Source: Actinomycetota bacterium (lineage in GTDB: Bacteria > Actinomycetota > Actinomycetes > Nanopelagicales > Nanopelagicaceae). Taken from it: DNA of 42,108 nucleotides. Numbering within the stretch: position 1 is the first letter of the stretch; each line of letters begins with the position of its first letter. The DNA lies in the NCBI GenBank assembly GCA_039804335.1, contig JBDLWK010000001.1, positions 1 through 42,108 of the forward strand. Reading direction: 5' to 3'. Under the pieces are notes generated by a model. The model was not told the DNA's origin. It did not search any database and worked only from the letters and a program-made list of their open reading frames with translations. The position numbers and the translations under genes were made by a program. Below, piece by piece: positions 40,993-42,108 of the stretch.

Positions 40993-42108
40993 CAGCCACC
41001 AGAGAACATATCTTCTGATTCGAGATGGATCATCTCATCTGGATCCTTTAGCCAACCATCAGGCAGAGTGGGAGTGCGACCATGACTGGTGCGCCCGCGC
41101 GGCTTCTCTGCTACCTCAACCGGGTATGGCTGATTATCTAATTGATCGAGAAGTGATCGTAATTCTGTCAGTGAAGAGACCATTCCAAATTGGCGACGAA
41201 GTTCACTTGGCACACGGAAACCCTTGAGATACCAGGCCATATGTTTACGAAGATCGCGACAACCACGGATCTCGGATTCGAAGTAATCAACAATTAATTC
41301 GCCGTGGCGGAACATGACTTCCCGAACTTCAAAGAGATCTGGCTGTACAGGTGATTGGGCACCTTGCAACGCTGCAACAAGGTCGGCAAATAACCATGGG
41401 CGGCCGAGGCAGCCACGGCCAACAACTACGCCTGCACAATTCGTCTGCTTGACCATCTCGACTGCATCAGCGCCAGTCCAAATATCACCATTGCCAAGAA
41501 CTGGTACTCCGGTTGGCTTTAAATGTTCAACAAGCGTTGCGATAGCAGACCAATTTGCCTTGCCTTCATACATTTGTTCTGCAGTACGTGCATGGAGTGC
41601 CACCCAGGCAACGCCTGCATCAGCTGCTGATTTTGCCGCCTCTAAATATGTGTGGTGATCGGTATCGATACCGATGCGCATCTTGACGGTAACAGGAATT
41701 CCAAAAGGTTTTGCCGCTTCTACAGCGCCCTTTACGATTGCTGTGAAGAGATTGCGCTTATATGGAAGAGCTGCTCCCCCACCCTTTCGAGTTACCTTAG
41801 GAACTGGGCAACCAAAGTTCATATCAATATGGTCAGCTAAATTTTCGCGGCCAATCATCTTTACCGCTTCTGACATGTGGTGTGGATCGACGCTATACAA
41901 CTGAATCGATCGCGGCCACTCGCCAGGACCTGGTTCAATCATGCGCAACGTCTCCGGGATGCGTTCAAGAAGTGCACGAGCAGTCACCATCTCAGAGACA
42001 AATAGACCGGCGCCTTGTTCGCGGCAGAGCATGCGAAAAGGGGCATTGGTGATTCCTGCCATCGGAGCGAGTACAACAGGTGGATCTACCTGATGTACTC
42101 CGTCCCGA
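40992..42108 (-). CDS. dusB: tRNA-dihydrouridine synthase B, 5' end probably beyond the window
   Basis: Frame open to the window edge (..VDPPVVLAPMAG), DMNFGCP, TVKMR, HART, NGDI, GRG...PW. Confidence 0.95.
   Translation of the reverse strand, partial: RDGVHQVDPPVVLAPMAGITNAPFRMLCREQGAGLFVSEMVTARALLERIPETLRMIEPGPGEWPRSIQLYSVDPHHMSEAVKMIGRENLADHIDMNFGCPVPKVTRKGGGAALPYKRNLFTAIVKGAVEAAKPFGIPVTVKMRIGIDTDHHTYLEAAKSAADAGVAWVALHARTAEQMYEGKANWSAIATLVEHLKPTGVPVLGNGDIWTGADAVEMVKQTNCAGVVVGRGCLGRPWLFADLVAALQGAQSPVQPDLFEVREVMFRHGELIVDYFESEIRGCRDLRKHMAWYLKGFRVPSELRRQFGMVSSLTELRSLLDQLDNQPYPVEVAEKPRGRTSHGRTPTLPDGWLKDPDEMIHLESEDMFSGG

Overview
Densely packed, streamlined actinobacterial chromosome segment. 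The gene content, tiny intergenic spaces and blh/crtY module suggest a freshwater acI-type lineage such as Ca. Planktophila/Nanopelagicales; this is an inference, as no rRNA or marker search was possible. It holds about 40 CDS and 3 CCA-less tRNAs (Ala-GGC, a CAT-anticodon tRNA, Asn-GTT). Main blocks: etfB-etfA-iscS-mnmA-ligA-nadD-rsfS; a GT4-GT4-SGNH operon; glgX; a FAS-II operon (fabD-fabH-acpP-fabF-accD); cspA; a retinal module (blh plus split lycopene cyclase); a GH36 alpha-galactosidase; glpD/glpK-galT-galK; htrA; a Tat-exported Rieske protein; and dusB-ydcF-dgt-dnaG. No mobile element, CRISPR array or rRNA is seen. The best candidates for undescribed biology are: (i) a stand-alone 89-aa protein resembling the DnaX/DnaA-N-type domain, coupled to a GH25 muramidase and next to a pseudo-response regulator; (ii) a Rieske gene whose start codon lies 3 nt after tRNA-Asn; (iii) a possible galactosyl-glycerol catabolic arrangement; (iv) pervasive leaderless promoter architecture and several candidate operators and RNA structures. 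All functional calls come from motif recognition by eye, not database searches.
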